Assembly (NCBI GenBank): GCA_951406725.2
Contig: OX597815.1
Location: 114,142,001-114,206,000, forward strand
DNA from: Octopus vulgaris
Taxonomy: Eukaryota
Direction of reading: 5' to 3'
DNA: 64,000 nucleotides
Shown: one piece after another, positions 24,509 through 64,000 of the stretch
Layout: every line of letters starts with the position of its first letter
Position numbering within the stretch: position 1 is the stretch's first letter
Position numbers and translations under genes: made by a program
Notes under the pieces: model-generated
What the model saw: the letters and a program-made list of their open reading frames with translations, nothing else
The model's database searches: none
Told to the model about the DNA's origin: nothing

Positions 24509-24514
24509 TTTATT
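24509..24514 (-). terminator. Candidate DHX34 polyadenylation signal AATAAA
   Basis: First AATAAA about 43 nt after the stop; AT-rich context, so not unique. Confidence 0.4.
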
Positions 24515-24556
24515 TCTTGAAAAATAAAAAGGTTTTTTTTCTACAATTTGCATTTG

Positions 24557-64000
<39,444 letters not shown>

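Overview
AT-rich, microsatellite- and repeat-dense animal genomic DNA. The repeat repertoire (RTE 3' ends with (GAT)n tails, tRNA-derived SINEs, long (TA)n tracts) suggests an octopus/cephalopod genome (inference). Two host genes lie on the minus strand. DHX34 (DEAH-box NMD helicase) was reconstructed as 27 phase-consistent GT-AG exons from 61652 to the stop at 24557 (3179 nt), plus a probable partial exon at the window edge. The first coding exon of TAF3 is at 2551-2716, with a probable 5'UTR exon at 15137-15401 and a promoter-like region near 17-19 kb. The putative TAF3 5'UTR intron holds a nearly intact CR1-group LINE in a (TA)n tract, a decayed RTE LINE with a nested Tc1/mariner, and several long fold-back palindromes. 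Most notable are decayed minimal type-I hammerhead ribozyme motifs, the best inside a fold-back element at 3730-3995, suggesting Penelope/retrozyme-like elements. Also present: a Helitron, piggyBac- and hAT-type MITEs, a TIR element with TTAGGG-like repeats, and candidate poison splice sites in DHX34.
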